Source of the DNA: Myxococcota bacterium
Lineage (GTDB): Bacteria; Myxococcota; XYA12-FULL-58-9
Direction of reading: 5' to 3'
Length of the DNA stretch: 53,298 bases
NCBI GenBank assembly: GCA_022703175.1
Contig: JAKLEG010000001.1
Location: forward strand, 1 to 53,298
The notes beneath the pieces were generated by a model. That model ran no database searches, had not been told where the DNA came from, and saw nothing but the letters and a program-made list of their open reading frames with translations. Position numbers and translations under genes: made by a program. Below, piece after piece: positions 52,520-53,298 of this stretch. Each line of letters begins with the position of its first letter. The stretch's first letter is position 1.

Positions 52520-53298
52520 ATGACTCGAAGCTTTGCCGTCGTTTTCTGTTTTACTGCCATCTTGAGCGGCGCCGCCGCGCATTGGGCGCTCAACGCCAAT
52601 GCCGGACCGGAGCGCGGCAAGAGCAAAGCCAGCTATGCGCTGACACCCGACAACTTGGGTGGTGCGGCGCGCTTTGTTGGCCACGTCAGCACCGACAAAC
52701 CGATTTATCGCGAAGGCGAGACCGTCTACGTGCGGGCGGTCTTGTTACACCAAGCCAGTCACGAACCGACCAGCGCCGGGCCAAGCACCACCTTTGAAAT
52801 CAAAGGTCCCAAAGGCGACACCGTCGGTTCCGGCTCGGCCTGGGGCCAAGACGGCAACGTCGGCTTCGGCTGGCAGGTCCCAGAGGGCATAGCCGGCGGT
52901 GAATATAAGGTGGTGTTGAACTTCCACGACGGTTATCCGTCGGCCGAACGCACCTTTGACATTCGCGCCTACCGGCCGCCGCGCCTGAAGTCGCAAATTG
53001 ATTTTGCCCGCGATGGCTATGGCCCTGGCGACAACGCCGTGGCCACGTTGAGCGTTGAGCGCGCCGAAGGTGGCATTCCAAAAAGCGCCCAGGTGAGCGT
53101 CGAGGCCCGCGTGGATGACCAGGTGGTGTTTACCGGCACCACCAAGGTCGAACCCTCCGGCAAAGCCACCATCGGCTTCAACCTGCCTAAGAGCATGAGC
53201 CGCGGCGAAGGTACGCTCTCGATGACCATCGAAGACGGCGGTGTCGTGGAGACGGCCACCAAGACCATTCCTATTTTGCTGCAAACGCTCGACCTGAG
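52520..53298 (+). CDS. second alpha-2-macroglobulin/MG-domain family protein, 5' part only (ORF runs off the window end; not in the supplied ORF track)
   Basis: My own translation from the ATG at 52520 (GGAGAG upstream) gives MTRSFAVVFCFTAILSGAAA (signal peptide). It continues ...STDKPIYREGETVYVRAVLL...GEYKVVLNF...FDIRAYRPPRLKSQIDFARDGYGPGD..., typical tandem MG-domain signatures. There is no stop in 259 codons. Confidence 0.7.
   Translation, partial: MTRSFAVVFCFTAILSGAAAHWALNANAGPERGKSKASYALTPDNLGGAARFVGHVSTDKPIYREGETVYVRAVLLHQASHEPTSAGPSTTFEIKGPKGDTVGSGSAWGQDGNVGFGWQVPEGIAGGEYKVVLNFHDGYPSAERTFDIRAYRPPRLKSQIDFARDGYGPGDNAVATLSVERAEGGIPKSAQVSVEARVDDQVVFTGTTKVEPSGKATIGFNLPKSMSRGEGTLSMTIEDGGVVETATKTIPILLQTLDL

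Noticed and set aside
52745-53284. 179-aa minus-strand ORF at the right end of the window
   Set aside because: The opposite strand carries an uninterrupted ORF with MG-domain signatures and a signal peptide. The listed ORF is its antisense shadow.

Overview
GC-rich bacterial chromosomal segment. Several hints point to Myxococcota: a MYXO-CTERM-like tail, many Cys-rich lipoproteins, and a possible DUF2378-type protein. All domain calls come from motifs read by eye in the supplied translations; no searches were run.

Left to right:
(1) 19-10501: NYN/OST-HTH protein, EGF-like and Cys-rich/He_PIG-like lipoproteins, and several orphan envelope proteins.
(2) 10544-17878, minus strand: a colinear Pho cluster phoB-phoR-pstS-pstC-pstA-pstB-phoU. 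phoU is fused to a single-cysteine LMW-PTP/ArsC-like domain, and a Pho-box-like direct repeat sits in front of pstS.
(3) 17990-28465, plus strand: a tightly coupled Yfa/Mag-type alpha-2-macroglobulin operon (DUF2135-like, DUF1175/NlpC-P60-like, DUF2138-like, 1583-aa A2M, large terminal gene). This is my best candidate for the unusual system. The A2M keeps an intact CLEQ thioester motif. The terminal gene combines an HExxH motif, all three penicillin-binding motifs (SxxK, SxN, KTG) and SpoIID-like motifs.
(4) 28462-34856: SAM methyltransferase, then a TetR-TolC-HlyD-ABC2-ABC2 efflux operon with no ATPase gene.
(5) 34818-42452: accessory-looking block with a TerB-like protein, a triple lamin-tail-domain lipoprotein, two tandem paralogues with duplicated leaderless-type promoters and EF-hand-like loops, a LamG/DUF1080-like secreted protein, an Ntn (choloylglycine-type) hydrolase with a MYXO-CTERM-like tail, and two orphans.
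(6) 42646-50658: origin-proximal housekeeping set parB-parA / rhlE-like helicase / rsmG-mnmG-mnmE. Two parS palindromes bracket the helicase, and mnmG carries repeat-containing in-frame insertions.
(7) 50811-52403: hybrid histidine kinase. After it, an open-ended plus-strand ORF (52520 to window end) is absent from the ORF track and looks like a second A2M/MG-domain protein.

I recognised no rRNA, tRNA, CRISPR array, transposase or integrase. Many long ORFs in the track are antisense shadow ORFs typical of high-GC DNA and were rejected.
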